Source: Octopus sinensis
Taxonomy: Eukaryota
DNA length: 64,000 nt
Reading direction: 5' to 3'
Assembly: GCF_006345805.1 (NCBI RefSeq)
Contig: NC_042998.1
Location: 197,656,001 to 197,720,000, forward strand
Shown here one piece after another: positions 11,350 through 24,856 of the stretch. The notes beneath the pieces were generated by a model. The model worked only from the letters and a program-made list of their open reading frames with translations. It had not been told where the DNA came from and did not search any database. Within the stretch, counting starts at the first letter, position 1. Each line of letters starts with the position of its first letter. The position numbers and the translations under genes are program-made.

Positions 11350-11970
11350 TCATGCTTCATCACCTCATCCCATGTCTTCCTGGGTCTGCCTCTTCCATAG
11401 GTTCCTCCACAATTAGAGATTGGCACTTCTTCACACAGCTGTCCTCATCCATAAGTATTACATGACCATACCAGCACAGTCGTCTCTTTTGCGCACCACA
11501 TCTGATGCCTCTTATGCCCAACTTTCTTTTCAAGACACTTACACTCTGTCTTGCATGCACACTGACATTGAACATCCAGTGAAGTATGCTAGCTTAATTT
11601 CTTTCAAGCCTTCACATGTCCTCGGCAGTTACAGCCCATGTTTCACTGCTGGTCGCATCTGCCTTTTACTCTGAGGGAGAGGCCCTTTGTTACCAGCAGA
11701 GGTAGGAGCTGTCTGAACTTTGCCCAGCCTATTCTTATTCTAACAGTTATGCTCTCAGAGCATCCACCCTTGCTACTGACTTGGTCACCTAGGTAACAGA
11801 AGCTATCAATTCTAGTTTTTCCTCCTAACGTTTGATGGAATCTATTTTCTGTACATTTTTAGTGTTAATTGTATCTGTGCACAAAACCTATTTTCTCTGC
11901 TAACTTTCCTCATATACTAATGCACCTCTTATGTGTCCATAGCTTACACTGGGTACATCTTACGGAGTTA
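11350..11970 (-). mobile_element. Degraded RTE-clade LINE 3' ORF fragment
   Basis: RRLCWYGHVILMDEDSCVKKC...GRP.KTW matches the RTE C-terminal RL.W.GHV..M motif. Confidence 0.75.
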
Positions 11971-12135
11971 CTAACTATGCTTGATACAGAAAAGGTTTTC
12001 TTGGTCCCTCTTTCTCCCTATATCAGTGTAACCTTTCTATATATATCCCTTTGATGACTCTCTCTTTGTTTGTATGATCTCATTCTATATATGTTTGATC
12101 TCTCTTCTTGTACGTGTATTTGAACACTCTCTTTC

Positions 12136-12166
<31 letters not shown>

Positions 12167-12494
12167 AACGCGCGCGCGCATGTGTGTTTGTATGTCTCTG
12201 TGTGCGTGTATAATAAAAAGATAAAAGCTGGATAAGCAATTACATATGGTATCAAATCATTTATAAAGATGTTACATAAACATTAATATAGAAAGAAAAA
12301 GACAGACTTGCGAAATCTTTACAACTGTTTCAAAAATTCGGTGATTGATTGATACAATAATGTGCGATATGTCAACAAATGTATATAATGATGCAATAGT
12401 ACATAGCAAAAGACAAAACTTGATATTAACACAAAAGTATATGTAAATAAAATTTTTTTTTGCATATCTTGCTTCTGATAAAAAGGCTTGGTGA

Positions 12495-12820
12495 TGTAGT
12501 AATTATAGCTTGGACTGGTTTATGTGTAACCTCTCGAAAGAGCTGTTCTTCACTCCTGCTCCAGAGCGTCGGCTGCGGGGTCATTCCGAAAAGCTCTACC
12601 TGCGACGATTTCATCTCAATCGAAGGAGAGCAGCTTTCTCCGTCCGGGTTGCGGATCCGTGGAACAAGCTGCCAGACGAGATGGTGAAGATGCCGACGAC
12701 CGCTTTGTTCAAAGCCTCCCTGGACCTCAAGTGGCCTGAACTCTTTACATGAACACCCCCTACATGGCCTTGCTATTTGCTTTTGAGCCAAATTAACTAA
12801 CTAACTAACTAACTAACTAA
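12495..12820 (+). mobile_element. CR1-type LINE 3' end with (TAAC)n tail
   Basis: RLRGHSEKL...RRAAFSVRVADPWNKLP..V..FKASLD is a typical CR1 ORF2 end. Confidence 0.85.
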
Positions 12821-12978
12821 CATGTATTATAGTTATGTGTTACTATCAAGTTTTGTCTTTTCATTATATTTTGTTGCTTTATTATGTTGCATAATGCATA
12901 TTATTGCATGAATCTGGAACTAAATTCTATAATGATCTCTCTCCACCCTCTCACTCTATCCCTGTGTGTGTGTGTGTA

Positions 12979-14230
12979 CAGGGTGTTCCGAAATTAAGGC
13001 GACCGAAGTTTCGGACTTTAATAACAATCAATAACTGTGATAAGATATGAAAGTTTTACGTTATTATAAAAGTTTAGTGTGTCTTTCTAGTTAGATGGAA
13101 ACTGCGGGGCCACATGGAGCAGCTCCTTGTGACTCCTATAGTATGCGCAACCGAAATCCCTGATGGGATCCTGAGGGACGACCTATGATAGATAGACATT
13201 TTTATTTCAGATTAAATAAATTCAGATTTAGAAATTAGATAATGGCTACAGACCGAAATACAATCATAACCTTCCACAAAGGAGGCGAGAGTAATACAGT
13301 TATAATAAAAAAAAGTTTAATATAAACCGAACAGCAGTCTGGAACATTGTCAAGAAATTTTAATCCACCGCTGATCCTGGACATGGCTGAAAAAGAAGTG
13401 TGCGGGCCCCTCAGCTTATCAAAAGTAATAGAGAAAAGATATGGCGAAATCTTCGTCATTCCATCAGAAAAACTGGCTGCCACAGCAAAAAGAAACCGAA
13501 CGTCAATGTATCGAGTGCAGAAGGAGGATCTCAGGAAACACCTCAACAAGATGATCTGCCATCATGAGCTCACGTAAGTTTATAAGGCCACGAGACTGGA
13601 GATTGCTGAAGGTAAGCTGCCCAACCTAGTGTTCACTGATGAAATTTGATATCGAACAAATGGTAAAACACAAAAAATGACTGACTTTGGAGTGTCTTTG
13701 GTTCCGTCGAGGGTAGACTTGTAAATCGTTATCAAAATCCTCAGTCAGTTATGGTTTAGGCGGCTGTGACAACCACTGAAAGGTCTCCCCTCATTTTTGT
13801 GCCCTCATGTCTTAAAATTAACACTCATTGATACATTAGCGACATTCTGGAAACTGAACTGCTTCCATTGGCGAATAAGTACTTTCAAGGCGCAACTTGG
13901 AGCCTCCAACAGGACTCGGCACCATCCCACAGTTCCAAACAGACACAATACTGGATTCAGAAAAATATTCCGTCATTCATTGGCAAGGATGTATAACCGT
14001 CGTTATTTGGCAAGGATGTATGACCCCAATCTCAACACGTTGGATTTTTCTGTTTGGTCCATTTTGGAGACGAAGGTCTCGAGCACTCCTCATGCTTCGC
14101 TTGACGCTCTGAAAGCAAAACTGCTCCAGGAATGGGCTTCAATTCCGCAAGAACATCTGCGTGCCACATGTGAAGTATTTACACTCCTATACTTAAGGCT
14201 GTAATTCGAAACAGATGGTCATATCGAATA
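12979..14230 (+). mobile_element. Decayed Tc1/mariner (maT/DD37D-like) transposon
   Basis: Starts ta|cagggtgttcc. Fragments LQQDSAPSH...PNLNTLDFSVWSILETKV...LKAKLLQEWASIP; many frameshifts; right TIR not found. Confidence 0.8.
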
Positions 14231-14637
14231 CATGTGGTAGTGTCATAATTGTGACATCAAGAACATGTATATCTGAAGGGATAAAATACAAAATGTGTAA
14301 TAAGATTGATTTATTGAACTGCACCTTTCGAATAAAACCTTGTAAACTCATACCAATGAAAAATTCACCGTCATGAAAATCGTTTCCCTGTCATAATCAT
14401 GAATTGAATATCATTATTATTTGTTTAGTGGCATTTCTTCTGGGTCTTGAAACTCTGAATTCAAATTTTGAAGAGGTTGATTTTGATTTTTATCTTTTCA
14501 TGGTCAATAAAATGAGTATCAGTTGAGCACTGGGGTTAATGTAATTGAGTAACCCAGAAGCCTACAAAAAAGCCACATCAGACGCCATGATGGCCCTAAG
14601 GTGTAGGTACAAGAGGGGTGGTCAGACTCTACATATG

Positions 14638-14672
<35 letters not shown>

Positions 14673-14687
14673 TATATATATATCACC

Positions 14688-14908
14688 TTGGTAGAATCGT
14701 TAGCACGCCGGGCGAAATGCGTAGCCGTATTTCGTCTCCCGCTACATCCTGGGTTCAAATTCCGCCGAGGTCGACTTAGCCTTTCATCCTCTCGGGGTCG
14801 ATAAATTAAGTGCCAGTTGCGCATTGGGGTCGATATAATCGACTTAATCCGTTTGTCTGTCCTTGTTTGTCCCCTCTGTGTGTAGCCCCTTGTGGGTAGT
14901 AAAGAAAT
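14688..14908 (+). mobile_element. SINE family A
   Basis: Match to 3910-4142. Confidence 0.85.
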
Positions 14909-14919
14909 ATATATATATC

Positions 14920-15619
14920 ACCTTGATCACCTTGACTGACCAGTCCGTCAGGCGTCCATTTGACACCGCTGGTCACAGCACGCTGTCCACTCCTCTCTGG
15001 ATCGCGCCCTTCTTATCCACGTGATCCCAATCGTCCTCCTGAAATGGTAACTCCACCGTCGTGGAGGTCTTCCGGGTGGTCTTTTCCGCTCACGCGGGTA
15101 CCACTCGACAACTGCGTGCGTCCACCGATTATCGGTGAGCCGGGCGACGTGTCCAGCCCATCTATACTTGCTGCGAGTATACTCTGCGATGACACCTCTC
15201 ACGCCGGACTTCTTTCTGATGATGTTGCTATTTATGTGCTCTCTCAACGAAACCAACGCAGTGCTGAACTCGCTGCAGAGGCAAGGAATCGAAGCGCAAT
15301 ATGTGCAGCTGCTCAGAGAGGCAAATTCCGGATGCACCACCGACATAGCTCTACTGTCATCACCCATACGAGTGCCGGTCGAGAAGGGAGTGAAGCAAGG
15401 AGATACAATCTCCCCAAAACTTTTCACTGCATGTCTCGAACAGATTATCAGAGGCATCGAATGGCAAGGTGGTGTCAACATCAATGGCGAGCTCCTCACC
15501 CACCTCCGTTTCGCTGACGACATCGTACCCATCGCTGAAAACATGGATCAGCTTCAGACCATGCTGACGGAGCTCGACACCAAAAGCTCTGCAGTAGGTC
15601 TCAGGATGAACCGCATGAA

Positions 15620-15622
<3 letters not shown>
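14920..15622 (-). mobile_element. RTE LINE insertion with inverted 5' part (3' end on - strand 14920-~15245; RT fragment on + strand ~15248-15622)
   Basis: Minus strand: [27 protein letters not shown]. Plus strand: [21 protein letters not shown]. Confidence 0.85.
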
Positions 15623-15665
<43 letters not shown>

Positions 15666-15696
15666 TATATATATATGCATATAATTATATGCATAG

Positions 15697-15774
<78 letters not shown>

Positions 15775-15780
15775 TATATA

Positions 15781-16106
15781 GGTAAAGGACATCACAAAAC
15801 GAAAACAACATGAAATACGAAGGCAAACTCGGGTATGCGAACAATGAGAGAAAAAAAAAGAAAACAAGACTAGTAATCTAAAGAACGACCCTTCATCAGT
15901 TGTCAGCTGTTCATCAATTTCACATTTCGAGCAATTAACGACAATTAATTTCTCTGAATGTGGAATAGATGGACAGCCGACAACTGATGAAGGGTCGTTC
16001 TTTATGTTACTTCTCTTGTTTTCAATTTGTCCCTCCTGTTGTTCGCATACCCAAGTTTGCCTTGGTATTTCATGTTGTTTATGTTTTTTGTGACGTCCTG
16101 TACCCA
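15781..16106. repeat. Foldback inverted repeat between (TA)n tracts, Penelope-LTR-like (contains CTGATGA)
   Basis: Arms ~15781-15925 and ~15955-16106 (aaagaacgacccttcatcagttgtc / gacaactgatgaagggtcgttcttt). Confidence 0.7.
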
Positions 16107-16146
16107 TTAATGCATATATGTACATATGTACATTTATGTATATATT

Positions 16147-16279
<133 letters not shown>

Positions 16280-16299
16280 TGTGTGTGTAGACTATCTAT

Positions 16300-16665
16300 C
16301 TATCCTCTCAGTCGAAGTCGACTCTCGGTAACGCGATGGATCAGTGTTTTCCAGCCAGTTCTATCCTTGGTCGCTTCTTTCAGATTGGCTATGGCCATTT
16401 CCGTGTCAAGCTAGCGGGTTCTTGGTCGGCCTCTTCTTATCTTGCCACTGACCATTCCGAGCATGATGTCCTTCTCCAGAAATTTTCTCCGCATAATATG
16501 ACCAAAATATGCCAATCTATGCTTGGTGATCCTAGCCTCTATCGACAGTTTCGGCTTGATCTGGTTAAGAACTTCTGCATTGGTGAGCCTCGCTGTCCAT
16601 GGAATCCGTAAAAGTCTTTTCCAACACCAAAGCTCGAATGCATTAATTCTCTTCTGGTCAGCTTT
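16300..16665 (-). mobile_element. RTE-like LINE 3' remnant with internal deletion
   Basis: AFELWCWKRLLRIPWTAR.TNAEVL...K..YFGHIMR motif on the - strand; (GATA)n tail. Confidence 0.7.
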
Positions 16666-16850
16666 CTATATGTAGACAAGTATTTATATATATATATAAG
16701 TACATATATGTATACATTTGTATATATATACACACGCACACATATGTGTATATATATAAATATATGTGTGTGTGTGTATACATATATATATCGGTATCGT
16801 AACTACAGACATGCTGTTGATAATTTTTTTCTTTGGACGTTCCCCTTTTT

Positions 16851-16887
16851 TCTTTCTGACGAAGTGCTATGCTCGAAACGTCAAAGA
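16851..16887 (+). ncRNA. Minimal type I hammerhead ribozyme motif (Penelope-type)
   Basis: tcttt-CTGACGA-a-gtgc-tat-gctc-GAAAC-GTC-aaaga: stem I tcttt/aaaga, one stem II mismatch, palindromic 2-bp stem III. Confidence 0.6.
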
Positions 16888-17224
16888 CTCTCTTTTTACT
16901 GAGCGTCAAACTGATACATTCCATGTGCATGTCCTCTTGGAGTTTGTCATTGTTATCTTTAAAGTTCGTTTATTCGATGACTGTATATATATATAACAAA
17001 ATAATAAATAAAACATATGCATATTTACATACATATATGTACATACCTACATCTATATGTATATATACATGCATATATGGGTACAGGACATAAAAAAAAA
17101 AAACGTCGAACACAATGAGAAACGAAAACATGAAAACAGAACCATGGAAACAGGGTACAAGACATACAACACAAGGATAATTCCCCTTCTTCAGCCGCCT
17201 CCGTTTCGTCTACTCCGATATATA

Positions 17225-17260
<36 letters not shown>

Positions 17261-17267
<7 letters not shown>

Positions 17268-17556
17268 ATCACGTGACCGACCAGACCGTCAGATGTTGTT
17301 ACACATCGCTGGTCACAATGCGCTTCGCATTGTTTTAGCCTTCGAATGACGCCACCCTGCTGGCTGAGCGAGCAGGCCAACAGAAGAAAGAGTGAGAGAA
17401 AGAGTGGTGAAAGAGTACAGCAGGGACCACTACCCCCTGCCGGAGCCTCGTGGAGCTTTTAGGTGTTTTCGCTCAATAAACACACACATCGCCCGGTCTG
17501 GGAATCGAAACCGCGATCCTACGACCGCGAGTCCGCTGCCCTAACCACTGGGCCAT
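17261..17556 (-). mobile_element. SINE family C, tail type 3
   Basis: Same head as 4829-5206; third distinct 3' half ending ggtcacgtgat. Confidence 0.8.
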
Positions 17557-18286
17557 AAGAAGAAAAAGGGATTAAAATATCCAGGCAGATATCAAAAGAG
17601 GACTCAGTTTTAAACGAATTTGGTTAACTATATCCCAAAATCAGACACCAGTAAATGCAAGTAGAACGCACATCCATGGTAATTCCTTATGTATGACAAA
17701 TAGATTTAAATATTATTTAGAAGAATTTCGAGAAATTCAAAGTATTAGATGACAAAAATGAGTTTAGAGAAAGTCACATCTTTAATTGTAGAATTCACTT
17801 TACAAAGCCGACAATTGTTTCTGTTTTATTAACATATTTAGATATAGAAAATATCGCTGAAATTCATATTTCCGAAAATACATGTTAACTCTGCGCTTTT
17901 CAAGGCGATTTAAAATTAGTTAAATGCAAAGTGAACTAATGAAATATTTCCAGTATACCAATAGATACAAGAGGAATAAGAATAAGAAGAAATATAATCT
18001 AAGAACAGCTATTTTTGTATTCAACTATTCGCGACGTCAGTGGATAACTAAAGAATAAAGAATAAAAAACACCAGAATTCTACGTTACGGCAATTAAAAA
18101 CATTTTCCATTACGACAATTAGTTACCTATTTGTTAAATATAGTAAACTTTTTAAGAAAATTATGCTTATTATATAACATTTGAAAAGCAAAGCGATTAT
18201 AATTTAAGAGTTAAAGGCTTTTCAAAGTTTGTGGCAACATTTCATTGCAAAATTCCCCTTAAAATTCAATAAAATTAATTTAGAAA

Positions 18287-18682
18287 TCTTTATATATAAA
18301 AGTAAGGTTGTGTATCTGTCTCCTACGATTTAGATTCCTAACAACTCCCACATTTTGCGGTGCAGTTTAACCAAAAGCGGGTATCTTATAGTCGTGATTC
18401 ATATCGAGCCCTTCTGGGTATTAGCGCGCGTCTACGATGTGTCTACGATTTACAAAAAAAATTACCATCATTTTTTTCCATTTTAATGCATTTTTTCGCT
18501 ATTATATAAGGGAAGTAACTCTCTAAAAATGTCTACGATGAGTCAACGATTTAAAAAAAATTACCATAATTTTTTTTCCATTTTTAATGCATTTTTTTGC
18601 TATGTTTTGGCTATAACTCTCTAAAAATGCTTATATAGTTATTTCCCTTACAAACCCGAGCAACGCCGGGCGATACTGCTAG
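18287..18682 (+). mobile_element. Non-autonomous Helitron
   Basis: 5' a|TCtttatatataaaa, 3' hairpin cccgagcaacgccggg then CTAG|t; second copy at 61322-61719 (-). Confidence 0.85.
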
Positions 18683-18684
18683 TA

Positions 18685-19500
18685 ATTGATATATTTCTTC
18701 AAGGCAAAGACCACATGTAGAATTTCCAGTATTGCATGATGGTGCATAACTAATAATGAACCACTTTAAATCATACTTAATGTTCCTATCTTTTAAATGC
18801 CAAATGTATTTACTGAGATCTGTAGAATTACCTTTTTTCTATATTTAAATGAATAAGAATGATTATGAAATCTAGATTTCCATCTTCCAGCAGATGAACT
18901 TACTTACGATCCCCTGTTATTACTTTGCTCTGATAGAATATATTTTCTTCTAAACACTGATTTTCTAAAGAGCAGACAATTTTGTTTTTACAATTACACA
19001 GGCATTTATTCATTTGTATTTGATACTTATGGTTAAAAGAATTCCTACTAGTCCTCCTCCCAGAATTGGGTGTTAAGACAGGATTATTATCATTATAGTT
19101 AATATTAAAAGTAGGTGTCAACTTAACTGTATTATAAGGATTGGAATTACTTTTACCTGAAGAATTGAAATTTAGTTCATGAAAATTATCATTAGAGTTA
19201 ATTTCACAATACACATTATGAATTTTACTCATGTTTATAGCTATAATTTCAACTAAATTTCTAGTGGTTGAATACGAAAACTTTATACTATGGCGATTAG
19301 ATAATGTCCTATCTTTACTTGAATATGGGAAATACTTATCTAGTGCAGCAAATATTGGTAGTTATTGAAGATATGAATGGTGCATTATACCAAATAATAT
19401 TCCTTGATTTATTCTCTCTATTATTTATATATACGCTTTACTTAGTATTAATACTATTAATATTGGATTTTTCCCTATCGTTAATTTTATTCTTAAGTTT
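18685..19500 (-). mobile_element. Penelope-like element fragment (linker + GIY-YIG endonuclease)
   Basis: IIWYNAPF...IKFSYSTTRN...CNCKNKIVCSLENQCL..IFYQSKV, then RFHNHSYSF..STDLSKYIWHLKD..LKW..CGLCLEE. Confidence 0.85.
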
Positions 19501-19519
19501 ATGAATATTATTATATATA

Positions 19520-19970
19520 TGCACATATGTATAGCAGAACTCAAAGCAATCAGCGAAGCTACACAAAGAAGATCGTCTCAATGCAATGTGTCAGCTATTG
19601 AAAGGTTGAAAAGGTTAAGACTTTACTGCCTAGAACGAAGTTAGGAAAGATATGCAGAGATACACATTTGGAAAATCCTGGAAGGATTTGTACGAAAACT
19701 TTGGTATTGAAAGTTACACAAACAACAGAACGGGGTTCCACTGCATAGTGCCAAAGATCCCAATATCACCAAGTTACAGCGTGGGTTTCAAGGGCACATA
19801 GCCCTTTAATATCCTCCCCAAGCCTGAAAGACCTGTTTGGGGTGGATGTATGTAACATCAAAGTAAAACTGGATCTCTCCCTGTCAAGAGTTCTGGATGA
19901 GCCTACCTCACATCAGGAAGCGCAGACGAGGGCAGCTGCATGAAACTCTCTCAATCACCAAATGTCACAT
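19520..19970 (+). mobile_element. Degraded L2/CR1-like LINE 3' fragment
   Basis: Remnants resembling RL..L.LY.LE...ERY..I..WKILEG...F...GP..FN.LP...K..LD. Confidence 0.55.
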
Positions 19971-20020
19971 ATCAGAGGAGGTTTCAAGCAGTAAAGTAAA
20001 GGTTGTAGCAAAGCTATATA

Positions 20021-20069
<49 letters not shown>

Positions 20070-20071
20070 CG

Positions 20072-20108
<37 letters not shown>

Positions 20109-20136
20109 AATATATATATTCTTTCTTTATCCTTAT

Positions 20137-20446
20137 ACTTGTTTCAGTCATTTGACTTCGGCCATGCTAGAGCACCACTTTGAAGTGTTTTTGTCGAGCA
20201 ATTCGACCTCAAGACCTATTCTTAAGCTTAGTGCTTATTTTATTGGTCTCTTTGCCGAACCGCTAAGTAAACACACCAGCGTCAGTTGTCAAGCGTTGAT
20301 GGGGACAAACACAGACACAAAGACACATACATAGATACATATATACAAACATACATACATAAATACATACATGCATACATACATATGTATGAATGTATGT
20401 ATGTATGTATGTATGTATGTATGTATGTATGTGTGTGTGTGTGTGT

Positions 20447-20487
<41 letters not shown>

Positions 20488-20789
20488 AACTGCATAGGTG
20501 AACAAACTCTTTTTGTTTTTGGAAGCGTTGATTGTGTATCGCACCATACTGACAAGAAAGTGATATTTCGAAAGCAGCATAGCCGTGAAAACAGCAGAAA
20601 GATTGGGTATATGACGGAAAAAAGTCATAAGGCTTCTTTCAGTTTCCGTTTACCAAATCCACTCAGAAGGCTTTAGTCGGCCCGAGGCTATAGCAGAAGA
20701 CACTTGCCTAAGGTGCCGCGCAGTGGGACTGAACCCGGAACTACGTGGTTGGGAAACAAACTTTTTACCACACAACCACGCCTGCACCT
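20137..20789 (-). mobile_element. SINE family D with expanded/interrupted central tract
   Basis: Both halves match 6074-6472; ~300-bp microsatellite-rich insert in the middle. Confidence 0.8.
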
Positions 20790-21156
20790 ACTATGTGTAT
20801 ATATTAACTCAATTTGGGTTTTAAACATTGGAGATCACTTTTTTAAGCTCGTCCGCGGTTACCGGCTTTCAGTTTCTAGCATCTCATGAAAATTGATTAC
20901 CTCACTGATGATATATTTAAAAATTCATAAATACCCGGAGAGGTTTTTTATCGCATAATTCTAAAATTGTTTTATGGATGCCTTACTAGAAGTTCATTAC
21001 TGGAGTATTATTATACAAGATACTTAGCATCGGCGTTATTCCAGCAATACAGGAAAATATCGACTCTTTAGCTCTCTATATAACTAAATGGCTCGATTTA
21101 TACATAGATCTCAATAGTTGAAAATTTTCATTATTATTATATATATATATATATAT

Positions 21157-21372
21157 ATAGTTAATCCAAACATGAAAACACAAAGAGAAAACACAACAAC
21201 GCGAGGACGTGGAACAAATATAGTATTATTGGACGCTCAGGAAAGAAGGAAAGAAGGAGGGTTTAGCGTTTCGAACGGAGCTCTTCGTCGGAAACATAGG
21301 AAAAGGAAAGATCCAAAGAAGGAGAGACAGAGGAAAAAAAATCGCCAACGGTACACACGCGCGGTCACATTT
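21157..21372 (-). mobile_element. Short Penelope-LTR-like element with minimal hammerhead (family G)
   Basis: Reverse complement gttt-CCGACGA-agagctccgttc-GAAAC-gct-aaac; copies at 44455-44612 and 49411-49612, all beside TA/CA tracts. Confidence 0.65.
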
Positions 21373-21380
21373 TTCACATT

Positions 21381-21414
<34 letters not shown>

Positions 21415-21424
21415 ATAGGGAGAT

Positions 21425-21459
<35 letters not shown>

Positions 21460-21530
21460 GAGACGTATAGGTATGTTGATGCAAACAGGAAAATAGAATT
21501 CAAAATATGAGTATCTGTATATCTTTATTA

Positions 21531-21656
21531 ATATTTAGCAGAAGTAATAGTGATGACTCAAGGTCCGAAAGTTTCGTGCGTTGGCACTTATCACACTGAT
21601 AAGTGCTAAAGCACAAAATTCTCGAACCTTAGTCACTCAGTTACCTTTGCTAAATA
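21531..21656. repeat. ~125-bp palindrome with hammerhead-like core
   Basis: tatttagca...gcacttatca-cac-tgataagtgc...tgctaaata. Confidence 0.6.
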
Positions 21657-21692
<36 letters not shown>

Positions 21693-21989
21693 AATTACAT
21701 GCAGTTAAATATATGTCCGGTCATATAATGACCAACGGTTTGACATCCATAAAGCGTTTAGTTTTATGGACGACCAGTCAGATTCTAATGGAGGAGGGTA
21801 AATAACCTCTCTTGAAACCGGAGGTAGAAATCCGTTTCAGTCAGTTAAATTGTAAACAATATCATTTGAGGTTTAGCCAGGACGAGTTTTCTTTCTTAGA
21901 CCAGTTCAGTTGGCAAATGTTATGGACTTAAGGGGCGAGGAATCTCCGCCCTTAGGCTGTTTCCAGTCTGCGAGAACTTTTCAGGCTCT

Positions 21990-22330
21990 AATCAACGAAT
22001 GGGAAATCACATTTGAAACGGGGGCAGGGAATAAAGATCTTATATCTAGAATTTAACAGAGAATCTAGGTCTAGGGAATCTTTAATAATCCTTATTGATT
22101 TTGCTATGCAAAGCTTGCATCGTCCGCTCCCGTTTATGTAGGACTCTGCTGTCTCTAATCGTCCATTTAATTTCGTATGGGATTACTTCATCCTTTAGGC
22201 GCCAAACACATCTGGCCAGGGACGTGACGTGCTGTCATTTCGGAACCTGAAAGAGGACGTGTGGTTGTATAGTGCCGCTTAAAAGCAGTTCGGGTCGACT
22301 CGATATATTTCTGAACTTGAGTGCTGTTGT
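21990..22330 (-). mobile_element. Degraded Penelope-like GIY-YIG fragment
   Basis: QKYIESTRTAFKR..YNHTSSFR..SLARCVWRLKDE..YEIKWTI..YINGSGRCKLCIAK..LLNSR (frameshifted). Confidence 0.75.
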
Positions 22331-22487
22331 GTTCACGGCTCTGGTGTATCTTCTATTGGCTCCGGAGCCTGGAGTTGCTAATGTGGCCGCTGCTGTTACT
22401 GGAGCTGTCATCGGTGGTGTTATTACGGTCTGGGTCTGGCGATATCGTTGAAGTTGTTGTCGTTGCAGTAGTCATCACTCGCAGAAG

Positions 22488-22536
<49 letters not shown>

Positions 22537-22820
22537 CGTACATGCTCCTATATGATATTTAAAAAATTTTATTAATATTTTATAAATGAATATTTCATGT
22601 TTTTTATTACCAATAAATTTACCTTATTTACATTTCACTTTCCTCTATCATCTCTGCTTACTTTATTTATTGTTTCTAATTTCATTTGCCCATTCTACTT
22701 TATCTCTAATCAATCTGTAAACCCCTCGCCCGAGCATATAACAATACAAACCACAAATTTGTAACATTCAGTCTGCTAAAATATATTCATTAGCACGTTT
22801 ATAACATCCGAATTTATATC

Positions 22821-22905
22821 TTTTACCTCTGATGATATTGTGCTCGTGTCACAAAAATGTAAATTTAATGTTTATTGAGTATTAATAGAAACGGCTGTAA
22901 GTGAA
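22821..22905 (+). ncRNA. Type I hammerhead motif in module X of the array
   Basis: ttacct-CTGATGA-tatt...aata-GAAAC-ggct-GTA-agtgaa. Recurs at ~25534-25618 (-), ~28352-28435 (-), ~33800-33887 (-, CTGGTGA), ~39097-39181 (-), ~40872-40958 (+), ~43322-43405 (+). Confidence 0.6.
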
Positions 22906-23621
22906 GATGATCAATTTGCTATTAATAATAAACAGTTTTTATTAACTTCCTAACCTCCATTTCCTTCGCTTCTTTGAAATAGATAAAAAGTATGTTTTTA
23001 TATATACCGTAAATCCTCTAGTCAGCCCATGAGTATAATACGCTGGAGATTTTTAGGGGGCTGTACCTCTGAAAAACCTAAACCTTGTGTATAATACGAA
23101 CCCTTTCCCTAACATGAGGCAAGAAGGTCTATATAACGTCCTTGGTTTGTAAAAATGTATATTGTAACGTCCTTTATAATTATTGTATATATAACATAAT
23201 GCAAAAGAGTAGCTTTTTTGTGCATTTTGCAGAAAATAAAGAAATAACAATAATAACGTTTAATAAATGTTGCTAACTGAAAGTTATGGATGGTTTAAGG
23301 TATTTTCGCGCCCAATATCACGAAATGCGTCTGAATAAGCATTGCCGGACAGCAAATAGAGACTCGTACATTGCTTAGAAAAATAATTTTTCATTTGAAC
23401 CTCGTATATAGTACGCACTAGGGATTTTGAGTTTTAAATATTGGGAAAAAAATGCGGATAAATACTCGAGGATATACGGTACCTATTATTTTAAGGAAAT
23501 TCATTTCCCCAAGTACTAGATATTGAACAGGTATTTCCTTGGAGGAAATATACGTACCTGCACATATTAAATTGTTAAAACTTATACATACTTTATATAT
23601 TAGTAATTCATTCTCTTATTA

Positions 23622-23732
<111 letters not shown>

Positions 23733-24769
23733 ATATATATACATAATATATATATATATATACATATATACATATATATATATATACTTATACAAATATA
23801 TGAGGTTAGTAGAGTTAGAGGTTGGAATAACCGCCAAAGGGATAAAAATACCTGTTATACTACCGGTGTAATTAACTATGTTAACCCTGGAGTACCTATG
23901 CAAGCTCATAGGTTACAGGTAATGACAAAGATAAGTACGAGTTTATCAGGGATCAAATTTAAAGTAAACAGAAAATGGAGAAATATTGATAAACAACAAT
24001 CGACTAACATCAAGTATTACTTCTTAATTCAATACAAAAAGACTCTATACCATCTAACAGCTGTTTCTGCTGCTCCCAATTTTATATGGTATTGCCTTTG
24101 AAGAGTCTAAAAGTATATTCATCATATTGGTAAACTTAGATCTAGAACATTGAACTTCAGAGGAAGAAAAATACACACAATATAAAAAAGAGAAAAGAGG
24201 AGCCTCGAGAAGAGAAACGTTTAATACACTTAAATGACACCATTTTGATTGTATCGCAAGTAATATTTGATGTTAGTCAATTCTCGTCGATCAATATTTC
24301 TTCATATTTTGTTTACTTCATATATATATATACATATAAATATATGAATATATATAAATATATACACACATATATATATACATATATATGTAGATATGTG
24401 TGTATATATACATATATATTGATTAGATAGATACATCTATATACCCGTAAGTATACATAGATTCGCACTTAAACATACATCCGTGCTTACATATATATAC
24501 GTATACATACACATACATGCAGAAACATGTATGCACATTCACTCCCACACGTTTGCACTTGCTCATATATGTGTTTGTATTCAACTTACCCATGTCCCCT
24601 ATATATAAACATACATATTTATATTTAAATCTATACCTAAAAGTGAAAGGAAGAAAAACAATTCACCACCTGAGGTCGAAAATTTAGGGCGCTGGGAAAC
24701 TTATCTAATGACTTTTGAGGCACGCCAGCACGCTTGCAGCGTTGCCGCGGGGGACTGCACGATACATAG

Positions 24770-24856
<87 letters not shown>

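Noticed and set aside
12390-12880. Short inverted match (12392-12432 / 12836-12880) around the CR1 fragment as DNA-transposon TIRs
   Set aside because: Too degraded and no TSD; more likely another old foldback remnant, not supportable as a feature.
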